From: Candidatus Giovannonibacteria bacterium RIFCSPLOWO2_12_FULL_44_15
GTDB taxonomy: Bacteria; Patescibacteriota; Minisyncoccia; JACPKW01; UBA11713
NCBI GenBank assembly: GCA_001778905.1
Contig: MFIQ01000002.1
Span: 1 to 40,030 of the forward strand
Direction: 5' to 3'
DNA length: 40,030 nt
The translations under genes were made by a program, and so were the position numbers. Of the stretch, positions 16,538-26,732 are shown piece after piece; position 1 is the stretch's first letter; each line of letters opens with the position of its first letter. Under the pieces are notes generated by a model. It was not told the DNA's origin. It searched no databases and saw only the letters and a program-made list of their open reading frames with translations.

Positions 16538-17152
16538 TTATCTCGAGTAAAACTCAATGATCGCCTTTAAATTAATATTTGAACCCAAGAGTAAATCGTC
16601 TTCCGTCGCGGGAGAACTTAATACAACGCCTTCTTTTTTCTCTTTATCAAAAGAAAGCCAGGCTGGCGGGACATATTTTTTGAGGTAGGTATCCAAATCC
16701 CTAAAAATTCCACCGGAAAGGCTTTGCTGCTTGATTGTAATTTTGTCGTCTTTCTTGACCCTGAATGACGGGATATTCACCCTCCTGCCGTTCACCATAA
16801 AATGCCCGTGCGTGACGCCCTGCCTTGCCTGCGTTCGAGTCTGTGCAAACCCCAGGCGGTAAACCGCGTTATCGAGCCTCGACTCCAAAAATTTCATAAG
16901 ATTTTCCCCAGAGTCTCCAGTCCTTTTCTCCGCTTCCCTTATATAATTCCTGAACTGGCGTTCTCGAAGGTTATACAAAAATTTAAGTTTCTGTTTTTCT
17001 TTAAGCTGTGCCCCGAATTCGGACGAAGCACGCGAAAACTTGCGCGTTTTCCCATGCTCGCCGGGGGCATACGGCTTTCTTTTAAACGCGCATTTCTCGC
17101 GTCCGCAAATCGACATCCCCAACCGCCTGCAAATTTTGCATGAAATCCTCAT
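16538..17152 (-). CDS. rpsD: 30S ribosomal protein S4 (Zn-type, CxxC...C..C)
   Basis: [46 protein letters not shown]. Confidence 0.98.
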   Translation of the reverse strand: MRISCKICRRLGMSICGREKCAFKRKPYAPGEHGKTRKFSRASSEFGAQLKEKQKLKFLYNLRERQFRNYIREAEKRTGDSGENLMKFLESRLDNAVYRLGFAQTRTQARQGVTHGHFMVNGRRVNIPSFRVKKDDKITIKQQSLSGGIFRDLDTYLKKYVPPAWLSFDKEKKEGVVLSSPATEDDLLLGSNINLKAIIEFYSR

Positions 17153-17156
17153 ATTT

Positions 17157-17588
17157 TTATACTCGTCTTGGTTTAGGCGGCTTCGGGCCGTTATGCGGCA
17201 CTGGCGTTAAGTCCCTGATAAATTGTATTTCAAAACCCTTTGACGCGAATGTCCTGATTGCGGATTCCCTGCCCGAGCCGATTCCTTTGACTTTGATCCC
17301 GACTTCTTTCAATCCCATTAATTTGGCTTGTTCGGCGATAAATTCCGAAACCTTAGACGCAGCGTATGGAGTTCCTTTCCTTGCTCCTTTGAATCCCATG
17401 GCTCCGCAGGAAGAAGATAGTATGACATTCCCTCCCCGGTCAGTCAGTGTGGCAATCGTATTATTATAAGTTGAAAGAATATTCAAAACCCCAAAGTCTA
17501 TTTTCCGCTTCGGAAGTTTTGACTGGGACTGGCTTTTGGCTCCTCCCGAAGCCCCGTCTGCTTTTTGGATTACTCTTTTCTTGCCCAT
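17157..17588 (-). CDS. rpsK: 30S ribosomal protein S11
   Basis: [26 protein letters not shown]. Confidence 0.98.
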   Translation of the reverse strand: MGKKRVIQKADGASGGAKSQSQSKLPKRKIDFGVLNILSTYNNTIATLTDRGGNVILSSSCGAMGFKGARKGTPYAASKVSEFIAEQAKLMGLKEVGIKVKGIGSGRESAIRTFASKGFEIQFIRDLTPVPHNGPKPPKPRRV

Positions 17589-17614
17589 ATTTTATTTATA
17601 GTGAGTTTATCGAA

Positions 17615-17998
17615 CTATTTTTTCTCAAGCTTGCGCTTTCCCGAACCCATCGTCTTCCTGACATTGCCCCTTCGAGTTCTCGAATTGGTCTTGGTCCTCT
17701 GCCCACGGGACGGAAGGCCTCTCGAGTGGCGCATCCCGCGATAGGATCCGATATCCCTGAGCCGTTTTATATTGAATAAAATTTCTCTCCGCAATTCGCC
17801 TTCAACCTTGTAATTCTTTTCTAGTTCCTCGCGCAGCCTGTTTATCTCGTCCCCCTTTAAATCCTTAGGGTGCTTCCCTTCCGGTATCCCCGCTTTTTCT
17901 AAAATTTTTAACGCCGAATTGCGCCCGATCCCGTAAATATAAGTAAGAGCTATCTCAAGCCTTTTACTGTCCGGTATATTTATGCCTGCAATCCTCAT
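17615..17998 (-). CDS. rpsM: 30S ribosomal protein S13
   Basis: [37 protein letters not shown]. Confidence 0.98.
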   Translation of the reverse strand: MRIAGINIPDSKRLEIALTYIYGIGRNSALKILEKAGIPEGKHPKDLKGDEINRLREELEKNYKVEGELRREILFNIKRLRDIGSYRGMRHSRGLPSRGQRTKTNSRTRRGNVRKTMGSGKRKLEKK

Positions 17999-18007
17999 AA
18001 ATAATTT

Positions 18008-18121
18008 TTAGCCTTGGCGCTGTTTATGCTTCGGGTTTTTGCAAATTACATGCAAACGTCCGCGTCGGCGGACTACTTTGCACGAACTACAAATTTTCTT
18101 AACTGAAGCTCGAACCTTCAT
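18008..18121 (-). CDS. rpmJ: 50S ribosomal protein L36
   Basis: Below the track cutoff. Manual translation [37 protein letters not shown]. Confidence 0.97.
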   Translation of the reverse strand: MKVRASVKKICSSCKVVRRRGRLHVICKNPKHKQRQG

Positions 18122-18133
18122 TCAATTTAAACT

Positions 18134-18352
18134 TTATAATCTTTGTATTATTCGCCCCTTTTTTTCATCGTAAGGCGTCATCTCGACTTTAACCTTATCG
18201 CCAACAAGCACTTTTATGTAAAAAAGACGCATCTTTCCTGCGAGATGCGCGAGGATTTCCCTCTTGTCCTCCAATATAACCTTGAAGGTAGCGTTGGGCA
18301 AAGCCTCTATTACCTGTCCTTGGATGATTGTTTTGTCCTTATTTTCTAACAT
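18134..18352 (-). CDS. infA: Translation initiation factor IF-1
   Basis: [36 protein letters not shown]. Confidence 0.98.
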   Translation of the reverse strand: MLENKDKTIIQGQVIEALPNATFKVILEDKREILAHLAGKMRLFYIKVLVGDKVKVEMTPYDEKKGRIIQRL

Positions 18353-18392
18353 TCTAATCCGCCAGCAGGCGAATAGTCCTTATATCTTAATC

Positions 18393-19739
18393 TTAAAGGT
18401 TTTGATAGTCAAGCTTTATTTTATTCGGGTCGGAAGGGAAAAATCTCAGCCAAGAAGGGCTAAAAGTTATCTCCGCCCTGTCAATTCCTGGGTATCTCTT
18501 AAAAACATCCTGCCGCATAGAGCGCGAGGCTTGGGATAAATCTTTTTTAAGCGCCTCTTCGTCGAAAAGCCAAGTAAATCTGGCTTGCCCCGCTATTTTG
18601 AAGGTAATCTTTTTTTCGTTTATATTTTTGCTCAAAATCTTGAAATCGAGATCATTCAAATTATTAACCATAACCTTCTCCTCGCCATTCAAGTCCAAAT
18701 ATTTGCTCGCGAGTTCCCTTGTTATCTCATCTGCCTTGAATATTGAGACTTGAGCCGATACCTTCGCTTTTATCTGAACCTCATCGGCAACTGTATTAAC
18801 TTTCGGATCCGCATCGAGAAGAGTTATTTTCACATCTATCGCGCTCGCTGGAATATAGGCGCTTTCTAACAAACTTTTCTGGACTTTGTTTTTAATCTCC
18901 TGCCTGAAATTCTCCTGGGCCTGTATCAATAGATTGTTTATCGCTTCTTGTGTGACAATCTTTGCTCCGCCGGAAGATCCTCCGGCCATTTCCGTCTTAG
19001 ACCTTGCGTAAATCTTTTCGAATTTAGGCGTTCCCTTGAATCCAGGTATAGTGAAATCCGCTAGACCGATATTATATTCCGCTCCCGCCTTGTCCGCGTA
19101 TACGGTCACTTCGAGCTGTCCCGGGGTAAGCTTTCCTCCCTCCATTTTTCCTCCCGGAAGCGTGATGCTATTTTTAATGCGGTAAATCTTTCCTCCTGGC
19201 GCTTCGAGTCGCGTTGTTGCCACGAGAGCCTGTTCTGCAGTCGAGTAAGCGTTGAAAATTATTATCTGCCCCGATGCCTTTTCTGTTCCAGATGATGTTT
19301 TTTCTATAGAGCCGCCAAGCTCTACAGTATCTTCTACGCTGATAATTTCTAAAGAAACTGCGGATGCCGCATTGGAAGAAGCTTCGATGTTGGCGTCTAC
19401 ATCCATGGAAACCTGCCGTGGCGCGACAGATACCCGAACCTCCGCAAGTGATATGGCAAAAATGCCGATCGCCGCCAGAATTATGACTGCTCCCAATAAA
19501 ATTAGCGTACTTTTTAACTTGGGCAAGCCGAATTTCCTCCCCTCTTTCTTGATTTCCGGGAGTTTGCCTAATGGAATTTCTTTTGCGGCCGCTTTTTTCT
19601 TTACGGGGATTGCCGCCATTTTGGCTGTCCTTTCTTCCACAACTCTCGGGGGAAGCCTGGAGGGCTTGGAAGCTATATCCCTCATCAAAGGCCGCCCTGA
19701 AGCGGGGTTACGCTCTATTGGATTATTTCTGCTCGCCAT
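18393..19739 (-). CDS. Single-pass membrane protein with large beta-rich ectodomain (CPR-type, baseplate-J-like region)
   Basis: Basic cytoplasmic N-terminus, one TM, then ASGQIIIFN...LVATTRL...VYADKAGAEYNI...FTIPG. Overlaps the FtsA-like gene. Confidence 0.7.
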   Translation of the reverse strand: MASRNNPIERNPASGRPLMRDIASKPSRLPPRVVEERTAKMAAIPVKKKAAAKEIPLGKLPEIKKEGRKFGLPKLKSTLILLGAVIILAAIGIFAISLAEVRVSVAPRQVSMDVDANIEASSNAASAVSLEIISVEDTVELGGSIEKTSSGTEKASGQIIIFNAYSTAEQALVATTRLEAPGGKIYRIKNSITLPGGKMEGGKLTPGQLEVTVYADKAGAEYNIGLADFTIPGFKGTPKFEKIYARSKTEMAGGSSGGAKIVTQEAINNLLIQAQENFRQEIKNKVQKSLLESAYIPASAIDVKITLLDADPKVNTVADEVQIKAKVSAQVSIFKADEITRELASKYLDLNGEEKVMVNNLNDLDFKILSKNINEKKITFKIAGQARFTWLFDEEALKKDLSQASRSMRQDVFKRYPGIDRAEITFSPSWLRFFPSDPNKIKLDYQNL

Positions 19740-20907
19740 ATTTCACCGCGCTTAGCGCTAATAGTAATGGTAGCGTCATTTTGGAATCTTTGCGATCCAC
19801 GCCGGATGTTAATATTTTCTCGCTAAAATTCTCCGGATTGAAATTTACGACATCAAACGGTTTCCCTAAAATCGTAAAGGAAGCGAATTCCGGAGAATCA
19901 AGGCATTGTTTTAATATGTCGCTTCCGGCAACCCCGCCAAGAATAACGAGAGTCTGCGGCAGCGGCTGCACACTACCAAGCTCGGAAAGCGATTTGGCAA
20001 GAAAACTCTGCCATTCCGAACAAACTCCTAATGCGGCCGACGAAAGTTTTTCATCAGTGGCATGTTTCATATCTCCCCCGCTTCGCGCCGAAAAAAATGA
20101 AAGCGCGTCGCCCAGGCCCATATTAAGCGAGGAGGCAACCCTCCTGATAACAAGATTTGCGCCCCAAATAAAACTTTTTGTATCTTCTAAAACTCCATCC
20201 CGAATCAGGTAAATCTCGGTGACCTCCCCGCCGACATCAACCACCAAATACCCGTCTTTTGGATTAACCATTTCGGACAAAACTCGGAAGAGAGAAAATG
20301 GTTCGGAAATAAACTTTATTTGCGCCCGCCAAAAAAAATGCTTCAGGATATCGTCAATATTCCTTACAAAGCTTTTTCTTGCGGCACTCAGGTAAATGAA
20401 AAGCTCAAGCTTATTCGTATCTTTCCCGTAGGGATTTACAATCGGGTAGCCGTTAACGATAAACTTCATCTTTTCCTGTTCTAAAATTTCTATGCCTTCC
20501 GGGTCATCTAACTTCTCTTTGCCTTTGCGGCTAAAAAGTTCAAGCTCATCTTCCATTATTTTGTCGACGAGATCCTCTGTTACCCTAAACGTGTCGCGCC
20601 TATCTATTTTCACATGCTTTGTATTGGAAAAATACCATGGGACAGACAATACCAAGTAGATTACGTCGGGCAGCTTTTTACCGTTCGACTTGATGAGATT
20701 TTCAGAAATTTCCTTAATCGCCTTCTTCGCGTGCCTCTCAATATGGTTAAAGTCCGGGTTTTCCAGAAGCGGCAGCCTTAAATGAGAGAAAGACAAAAAA
20801 GCAGGAATTTCATCCTCTTTTTTTGACAGCAATGAAGCGCCCACCGAGGAACTCCCGATATCAAAGACTAGAATTTTTTTCTCTTTTTTCAGCCTCGAAA
20901 AAAACAT
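19723..20907 (-). CDS. FtsA-like actin-fold ATPase
   Basis: VFDIGSSSVGA, VVDVGGEVTEI, VILGG. Confidence 0.75.
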   Translation of the reverse strand: MFFSRLKKEKKILVFDIGSSSVGASLLSKKEDEIPAFLSFSHLRLPLLENPDFNHIERHAKKAIKEISENLIKSNGKKLPDVIYLVLSVPWYFSNTKHVKIDRRDTFRVTEDLVDKIMEDELELFSRKGKEKLDDPEGIEILEQEKMKFIVNGYPIVNPYGKDTNKLELFIYLSAARKSFVRNIDDILKHFFWRAQIKFISEPFSLFRVLSEMVNPKDGYLVVDVGGEVTEIYLIRDGVLEDTKSFIWGANLVIRRVASSLNMGLGDALSFFSARSGGDMKHATDEKLSSAALGVCSEWQSFLAKSLSELGSVQPLPQTLVILGGVAGSDILKQCLDSPEFASFTILGKPFDVVNFNPENFSEKILTSGVDRKDSKMTLPLLLALSAVKYGEQK

Positions 20908-22607
20908 CAAGGTATAATTTTCCCCCTAATTCTCCTGACGCCGGAGGCGGAGGCCTCTTCTTTAATTATAACAAATTTGCCGATATCTTGCGTGTTCTTG
21001 ACGTGCGGCCCGCCGCATAATTCTTTTGAAAAATCGCCTGCGCTATATACCTTCACGTGCGCGGGATACTTTTCCTTAAAAAAATAAAGCGCCCCAGATC
21101 TTTTGGCTTCTTCTATATCCATCTCTTCCATCTTAACTTTGAGCTTTCTAGATATCGCTTCGTTAATAAGATCTTCCACTTTTTTAATCTCGTCTATGGT
21201 AAGTTTTCTCGGAAAACTGAAATCAAACCGCGTTCTTTCTACGGTAATGTCTGAACCCATTTGCCGAACATTTTCTCCTAAAATCTTTCTAAGCGCCGCT
21301 TGCAAGAGATGCGTCGCCGTATGAAGGCGGGTAACTTTCTTCAGCTCTTCCTCATCTTTAGCCTTAAGCTCACCGGTATTTAAAAGAAGGCCATGCCCTC
21401 CGAATTTACCCGCCGCCCCGGCTCTGGATTTTTCCTGATGCTTGCCAAATTCTTTATCAAAACTCTCGCGAGTCAGACTGCTCGATTTCGCCCCGGAGAA
21501 TTCTTTTATTATTTCGTAAGGCAAGCCGAAAGTTTCGTACAGGCTAAATGCCTTCTCGCTCGTAATATTTTCGTTTTTTTCCAATTCCTTAATCCCGCGC
21601 GAGAGCGTTTTGGAAAATTTCTCGCGCTCCGCCCAGTATGCATTTATTATGTCGTCCCGCCTATGCTTCAATTCGGGATAAAAATTTCCATAAATTTTTA
21701 TCGCCTCGATTATCGCCGATTCGAAAATCTGCGGGTTGAGAAAGTTTATGTACTCATATACCAAAGCTCTCCTCAAAAGACGCCTCAATATATAACCGGC
21801 TTCTTTATTCGAGGGTGAAACTCCGTCGGAAAGCAAAAATGCCGACGCTCTAAGATGGTCCGAAATAATTCTTCTCTGCCTCTCCGATATCGTCCCTGGG
21901 AGAATATCCAAAATTGGCAAAAATAGGTCTGTTTCGAAAATATTTCTCTTCCCCTGTGAAACCATTGCCAAGCGCTCCAGTCCCATCCCCGTATCAACCC
22001 CAGGCGTTTTTAACTTTTCCAAAGTCCCGTCCTTTAGTTGATAAAATTCATTAAAAACTATATTCCAAACCTCAACGCCGTTTATATAAATTTCCGTCGT
22101 AGGCCCGCAAGGTCCTTCAGCCCCCGTTGGACCCCAGAAATTATCCTCCCTCCCGCATTTCCGTATATCCCTTATCCCAAGGTTTTCCCAAAAATTAAAC
22201 GATTCTTCATCGAACGGGACATTTTTATCTCCCGCGAAAACCGTAACATATTCGATTTCAAGGCCAATGGAATCGAAAAAATCTTTTCCGTATGAGATGG
22301 CTTCTTTTTTGAAATACCCTCCGAATGAAAAGTTGCCTAGCATTTCGAAAAATGTATTGTGGCGTTCGTCTCCGACCTCGTCGATATCTGATGTCCTAAA
22401 GCATTTCTGGATGGAAGCCGTGTTCTTGTACTTAAAATCGCGCATCGGATCCGCCTCGCCGGTGTAATATTTTTTAAATTGCTGCATGCCTGCGGTTGTC
22501 AAAAGCACGGACGGGTCATCCGGCAGAAGCGAGCTTGAAAGCACAATTGCATGCCCTCTTGATTTGAAAAATTCGAGAAATTTTTTGCGTAACTCGTTCG
22601 CCGACAT
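20907..22607 (-). CDS. alaS: Alanine--tRNA ligase (compact, lacks C-Ala domain)
   Basis: LLTTAGMQQFK, HNTFFEMLGNFSFG.YFK, DTGMGLER, HTATHLL, ELCGGPHV. Confidence 0.97.
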   Translation of the reverse strand: MSANELRKKFLEFFKSRGHAIVLSSSLLPDDPSVLLTTAGMQQFKKYYTGEADPMRDFKYKNTASIQKCFRTSDIDEVGDERHNTFFEMLGNFSFGGYFKKEAISYGKDFFDSIGLEIEYVTVFAGDKNVPFDEESFNFWENLGIRDIRKCGREDNFWGPTGAEGPCGPTTEIYINGVEVWNIVFNEFYQLKDGTLEKLKTPGVDTGMGLERLAMVSQGKRNIFETDLFLPILDILPGTISERQRRIISDHLRASAFLLSDGVSPSNKEAGYILRRLLRRALVYEYINFLNPQIFESAIIEAIKIYGNFYPELKHRRDDIINAYWAEREKFSKTLSRGIKELEKNENITSEKAFSLYETFGLPYEIIKEFSGAKSSSLTRESFDKEFGKHQEKSRAGAAGKFGGHGLLLNTGELKAKDEEELKKVTRLHTATHLLQAALRKILGENVRQMGSDITVERTRFDFSFPRKLTIDEIKKVEDLINEAISRKLKVKMEEMDIEEAKRSGALYFFKEKYPAHVKVYSAGDFSKELCGGPHVKNTQDIGKFVIIKEEASASGVRRIRGKIIP

Positions 22608-22635
22608 GAAAGCATTTTAGCATAAAATTCAGCCA

Positions 22636-22677
22636 AAAAAAATGCGGCGGGATGCTCTATAAGAACATCTCGCCGCA
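22636..22677 (-). terminator. Intrinsic terminator
   Basis: TGCGGCGGGATG/CATCTCGCCGCA stem with an A run on its left. Confidence 0.65.
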
Positions 22678-22702
22678 CAGATTTGCCACACCAAAGATCA
22701 AG

Positions 22703-23098
22703 TCAGAAACGCAGACGCCTACGCCGCCGCTTATCTTCGGGCTCTTTGGCTACGGCGGCTATTTTAGCATCCCTCCATGCAAATAACCCCTTTCTGACGT
22801 AAGCTGGATCTAATCCGAGGATTTCACAAACACTAACGAAAGAAAAAAGACCTCCATCGCTTTCGTCCATGAACCATGCTTCCGCGTCGTCAAATAATGA
22901 AATCTCTTTCGGGTATTTCGCGCAAATATATTTTTGGAAGCAATGAACCGCTTCTTCCAAAACAGCAAGCATGACTCGCTTTTCCGGCTCCATCTCTCTT
23001 GGCTTAAAGGTCTTTAGATACTCCTCATGGGCCAGAGTGTCCGGCTGAAAAAGCTCTTTAATGGCCGGGTCCAGTGTTCCGCTATACTGAGACCTCAT
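22703..23098 (-). CDS. Hypothetical protein
   Basis: 131-aa ORF with GGAGG SD and its own terminator. PEKRVMLAVLEEAV...FSFVSVCEILGLDP pattern; Arg-rich tail. Confidence 0.8.
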   Translation of the reverse strand: MRSQYSGTLDPAIKELFQPDTLAHEEYLKTFKPREMEPEKRVMLAVLEEAVHCFQKYICAKYPKEISLFDDAEAWFMDESDGGLFSFVSVCEILGLDPAYVRKGLFAWRDAKIAAVAKEPEDKRRRRRLRF

Positions 23099-23170
23099 AT
23101 TTTGTCCCCTCCCTGTGTACTAAATTTTGATTTGAATTTTAATACAAAAAGGGATTTTTGGCAACAGGAT

Positions 23171-24232
23171 TTACTTCTCGATTATTCCTCCACCCAGAAG
23201 GCGTTCGCCAGAGTAAAAAACGACGGACTGCCCAGGAGCGACCGCGCGCTGGGAGGAATCGAAAACAATTTTCAATTTTGAATTTTCAATTTTTAAAATG
23301 CTGCACGCCTGCAACGTCTGCCTGTATCGAATCCGCGTGGAAATTTTTTCCGGAATATCGTCCGGCAAATTCGCGCCAGATATGAAAATTTCTTTTTTAT
23401 ATAAAACTGGATCCGAAGCGCCTTCGGCGACGATAATCGTATTTTTTTCTTTATTTGTCTCGGCAACGTAGAGTGGCTCCGAATGCCCGCCCAATTTTAT
23501 TCCGTGCCTTTGCCCCGGAGTGAAAAAATATGCGCCGTCGTGAGTTCCTAAAACTTTCCCTCCAGAATTAACCACACTTCCCGCGTTTTTCGGCAAATAT
23601 TCGCGCAGAAAATCCTGAAAATCCACCTTGCCTACGAAACAGAGACCCTGCGAATCTTTTTTATCCGCGGTAATTAAACCGGCTTTCTTTGCAATTTCCC
23701 GTACTTCGCTTTTCAGATAATCACCGATGGGGAAAAGCGCGCGGGACAATTGGTCTTGCGTAAGCCGCCATAAAAAATAAGTCTGGTCTTTGTTTCTATC
23801 TTTCGCTTCGTGAATCCAAAATCTTGAATCTTCATTCTTTACTCTGGCATAATGCCCCGTCGCGATAAAATCCGCTCCCATTGAAATTGCCTTTTCCAAA
23901 AAAATACCGAATTTAATTTCGGAATTACAAATGACATCCGGGTTAGGCGTTCTCCCAGAAGCGTATTCGCGGATCATGTAATTAAAAACTCCTTCCTTAT
24001 ATTCTTCTTTAAAATCAAAAACATGAAACGGGATCCCGAGCTTGGCCGCAACTCGCATCGCATCTCTTCTATCTTCGTTCGAATCGCACCCCTCCCAGCA
24101 AGTCATATGCGCGCCCGTAACATCGTATCCTTGTTCCTTGAGCAAAAAAGCGGCGACGCTTGAATCAACGCCTCCGGACATAGCTACAAAAACCCTTCGA
24201 CTTCGCTCAGGGCTAGCTTTCTTTGTATCCAT
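23171..24232 (-). CDS. mnmA: tRNA-specific 2-thiouridylase MnmA
   Basis: AMSGGVDSSVAA, TPNPDVICNSEIKF, ATGHYAR, KDQTYFL, KKDSQGLCF, APGQSVVFY. Confidence 0.98.
   Translation of the reverse strand: MDTKKASPERSRRVFVAMSGGVDSSVAAFLLKEQGYDVTGAHMTCWEGCDSNEDRRDAMRVAAKLGIPFHVFDFKEEYKEGVFNYMIREYASGRTPNPDVICNSEIKFGIFLEKAISMGADFIATGHYARVKNEDSRFWIHEAKDRNKDQTYFLWRLTQDQLSRALFPIGDYLKSEVREIAKKAGLITADKKDSQGLCFVGKVDFQDFLREYLPKNAGSVVNSGGKVLGTHDGAYFFTPGQRHGIKLGGHSEPLYVAETNKEKNTIIVAEGASDPVLYKKEIFISGANLPDDIPEKISTRIRYRQTLQACSILKIENSKLKIVFDSSQRAVAPGQSVVFYSGERLLGGGIIEK
24193..24212. repeat. Short REP-like palindrome CCCTTCGACTTCGCTCAGGG inside the mnmA 5' end
   Basis: Encodes (S)PERSRR ahead of the conserved VFVAMSGG. 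Related element GCCCCGAACTTGTCGAGGGGC at 8389-8409. Confidence 0.6.
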
Positions 24233-24267
24233 AACGCTTAAAATATAATCTAAATTTGGAAATTTTT

Positions 24268-24303
24268 AAAGGGGGTGAGAGCGGTAGCGCACTCACCCCC
24301 TTT
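24268..24303. terminator. Bidirectional intrinsic terminator
   Basis: AAAGGGGGTGAG...CTCACCCCCTTT. Confidence 0.7.
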
Positions 24304-24334
24304 GATTGTCGTCTCTGGTGTACCTGCTTATTTG

Positions 24335-24697
24335 CTATTCTCCACTGGCAACTTTTTTCCCATAGAGCAGGTCTCGTTGTTTCTCGATAACATTATTTAA
24401 ATCTTCGATCTGCCTTCTGTGATTTTCCTCAATTCTAGAAACCCTGCTTTCGGCCAACTTCAATCGTCCCCTAATCTCAATTACCTGCCGCTGTTTATTT
24501 CGTAACTTTTTCAGCAGACGAATAACTCTTCCGCGAGCTTTTTTTAATTCCGGGCTTAAGGATCTTGGAAACCCGAAATCCATTTGATCTACGTTTATCT
24601 TTAGCTCGCTTTCCTCGTTTTGACCATCCCCGCTAATCGGGTGATACGCGTCTTCACTCGCTCCTTTTTTATCTTCTCCAAGAGCTGTGATTGTCAT
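24335..24697 (-). CDS. Hypothetical coiled-coil protein
   Basis: ATG 24697 behind GGGAGG SD; C-terminal heptads. Confidence 0.65.
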   Translation of the reverse strand: MTITALGEDKKGASEDAYHPISGDGQNEESELKINVDQMDFGFPRSLSPELKKARGRVIRLLKKLRNKQRQVIEIRGRLKLAESRVSRIEENHRRQIEDLNNVIEKQRDLLYGKKVASGE

Positions 24698-24711
24698 GAT
24701 ACACCTCCCTT

Positions 24712-25119
24712 TCATGAATAGTTGTATAAATACCATCCCCCATTCCGGAACACGAACTCAAACTGCCAGAATGAGAGCCATTTCCTGCCTTCGAGATCGA
24801 CGCGTATGATCCATGCCTGGACCTTAGTAACATCTCCTCTCACGGTTGTCCTGGTAGACCAGATGCCCAGTCCTCCGCAACCGCAAACATAGGGCACGTT
24901 AGGCAAGGCTACAGAGTCGGCGCCTTTGGGGCCGAGCAGATCCCGCGAAATTTTTGCAAGCGATAACGACCACTCCCTCTCCGAAGCTTGCCTCTCGAAT
25001 AGTGACTGGATTTTTTTAAACGCTTCGCGAAGTTTCTTCTCCGGGTTTTCGTTTGCAAAAGTTAGATCCGCGTAGAAAAAAACGCCCACAGCGAGGGCGA
25101 TCAATTTGTTAAACATCAT
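24712..25119 (-). CDS. Hypothetical secreted protein
   Basis: Signal peptide, AGGAGG SD, VCGCGG motif; ends ...FVFRNGGWYL (NTF2-like terminal strand pattern). Confidence 0.7.
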   Translation of the reverse strand: MMFNKLIALAVGVFFYADLTFANENPEKKLREAFKKIQSLFERQASEREWSLSLAKISRDLLGPKGADSVALPNVPYVCGCGGLGIWSTRTTVRGDVTKVQAWIIRVDLEGRKWLSFWQFEFVFRNGGWYLYNYS

Positions 25120-25134
25120 TTTCTTGCTCCTCCT

Positions 25135-25875
25135 TTAGCGCAAGTATTTTGTCCTATTCAGTTTATGCTCTTCGAAAGTCTTCGCATAGTGGATAACGCC
25201 CTTCGAATCCGAAAGATAATAGAGATACGCCGAGATAGTTGGATTAATCGCGGCTTCGATCGCGCCAATTCCGGGGTTCGAGATGGGCCCAACCGGAAGC
25301 CCTTTATATTTATAAGTGTTATACGGGTCGTCCAAAACCAAATCCGCATCTGTAAGTTTATGCGAAGATCTTCCAGTTGCATAAGTCAGCGCAGCGTCCA
25401 CTTGAAGCGGCATCCCGAGCGAAATCCGCCTCCATAAAATCCCGGAAATAATTTTTCTATCTTTCTCCGAGGCCGCTTCCTCTTCAAGCAAAGAAGCCAT
25501 AATTACGATATCGCGCATTTCTTTTTTCTGTCTCGCGATCTCGCTCTCAAAAATAGCGGTCTTCTCTTCGAAATTTCTCTTAATTTTCGCGGCAATAACT
25601 TTCGGCTTGGAATCTTTGAAAAATTCATAAGTATCGGGAAATAAAAATCCTTCTTCCGAAACCGCTTCTTTCAAAAATTCATCCCGTCCAACAATCCCTG
25701 CGCTTTCCAGCGCCGTCGCAATTTGATAGACGTTAAACCCCTCCGGAATCGTTACGGAAATAGTTTCTGCCGGTGCCGGAGCTGGCTCCTTTGAGGAATA
25801 CCAATAAAGCAAAAATATGAGAAAAATAAGGATTGTCCCGAGAGCGGCAATTTTAAGCTCTTTCCAGATCGGCAT
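25135..25875 (-). CDS. mltG: Endolytic transglycosylase MltG (YceG family)
   Basis: VTIPEG, EGFLFPDTYEF, MASLLEEE, MPLQVDA, PYNTYKYKGLPVGPISNPG. Confidence 0.95.
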   Translation of the reverse strand: MPIWKELKIAALGTILIFLIFLLYWYSSKEPAPAPAETISVTIPEGFNVYQIATALESAGIVGRDEFLKEAVSEEGFLFPDTYEFFKDSKPKVIAAKIKRNFEEKTAIFESEIARQKKEMRDIVIMASLLEEEAASEKDRKIISGILWRRISLGMPLQVDAALTYATGRSSHKLTDADLVLDDPYNTYKYKGLPVGPISNPGIGAIEAAINPTISAYLYYLSDSKGVIHYAKTFEEHKLNRTKYLR

Positions 25876-25894
25876 ATAAAAATAAGTTTAGCAT

Positions 25895-25936
25895 AAAAAG
25901 AGCCCGCCTCGCACAAATTGCGTGCGCGGCGGGCTC
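25895..25936 (-). terminator. Intrinsic terminator after purQ
   Basis: GAGCCCGCC...GGCGGGCTC stem with an A run on its left. Confidence 0.7.
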
Positions 25937-25958
25937 GGTTCTGGGCAGAGAAAAATCG

Positions 25959-26732
25959 TCATAGCTCGACCGCAAAGTTTACAGCGTTTTCAAACATCTG
26001 CAAACCGTGTGGCTTATCTATAGATTCTCTTCGCCAGTTATCGAATTGGGAGAATTCAACGAAGCGTTCCGGATGCGGCATGAGCCCAAAGATCCGGCCG
26101 AATGGATCGCATACTCCCGCGATGGAATAGAGCGACCCGTTCGGATTCGCCGGATAAAAATCAGCCGGCTGGCCACCCTCGGAATAGCGCAATGCTACGC
26201 AATTTTTATTCTCACCGATCTCCGGCCATTTCGTATCCACAAAGAAGCTTCCCTCGCCATGGGCAACTGGAAGCATGATCTCGTTATCGTACCCGCGGGT
26301 AAAAATGCACGGACTTCCCTTTTCTGTGATGAGCTTTATCCACCGGCACTCGAATTTTCCGGAATCGTTAGTCTCGAGTGTTGCGTACCGAATGCCTATA
26401 GTATTTAACGGCAAGAGTCCGGATTGAACGAGCACCTGGAACCCGTTGCATATTCCGATGACAAGTTTCCCTGCATCAACGAATTCTTGAAGCTCGTCGT
26501 GCAGAAATGAAATAAGCTCAACCGCCAGAATCTTTCCCGATGCCACATCATCTCCGTAAGAAAACCCACCGGGAATTGCCAGTATCTTGTAGCTCCGGAG
26601 GCGGAGTGCGCCGCTCCGGAGCTGGTTTACGTGCACGAACTCAGGATTGCCTCCCGCTTTTCTAAAAGCGTAGGAGGTTTCTTCATCGCAGTTCGTGCCG
26701 TCCGTTCTCAAAATGCAGACTTTGGGTCTCAA
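25959..26732 (-). CDS. purQ: FGAM synthase glutaminase subunit PurQ
   Basis: GTNCDEET, PGGFSYGD, GICNGFQ, PVAHGEG, GLMPHPER. Confidence 0.97.
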   Translation of the reverse strand: MRPKVCILRTDGTNCDEETSYAFRKAGGNPEFVHVNQLRSGALRLRSYKILAIPGGFSYGDDVASGKILAVELISFLHDELQEFVDAGKLVIGICNGFQVLVQSGLLPLNTIGIRYATLETNDSGKFECRWIKLITEKGSPCIFTRGYDNEIMLPVAHGEGSFFVDTKWPEIGENKNCVALRYSEGGQPADFYPANPNGSLYSIAGVCDPFGRIFGLMPHPERFVEFSQFDNWRRESIDKPHGLQMFENAVNFAVEL

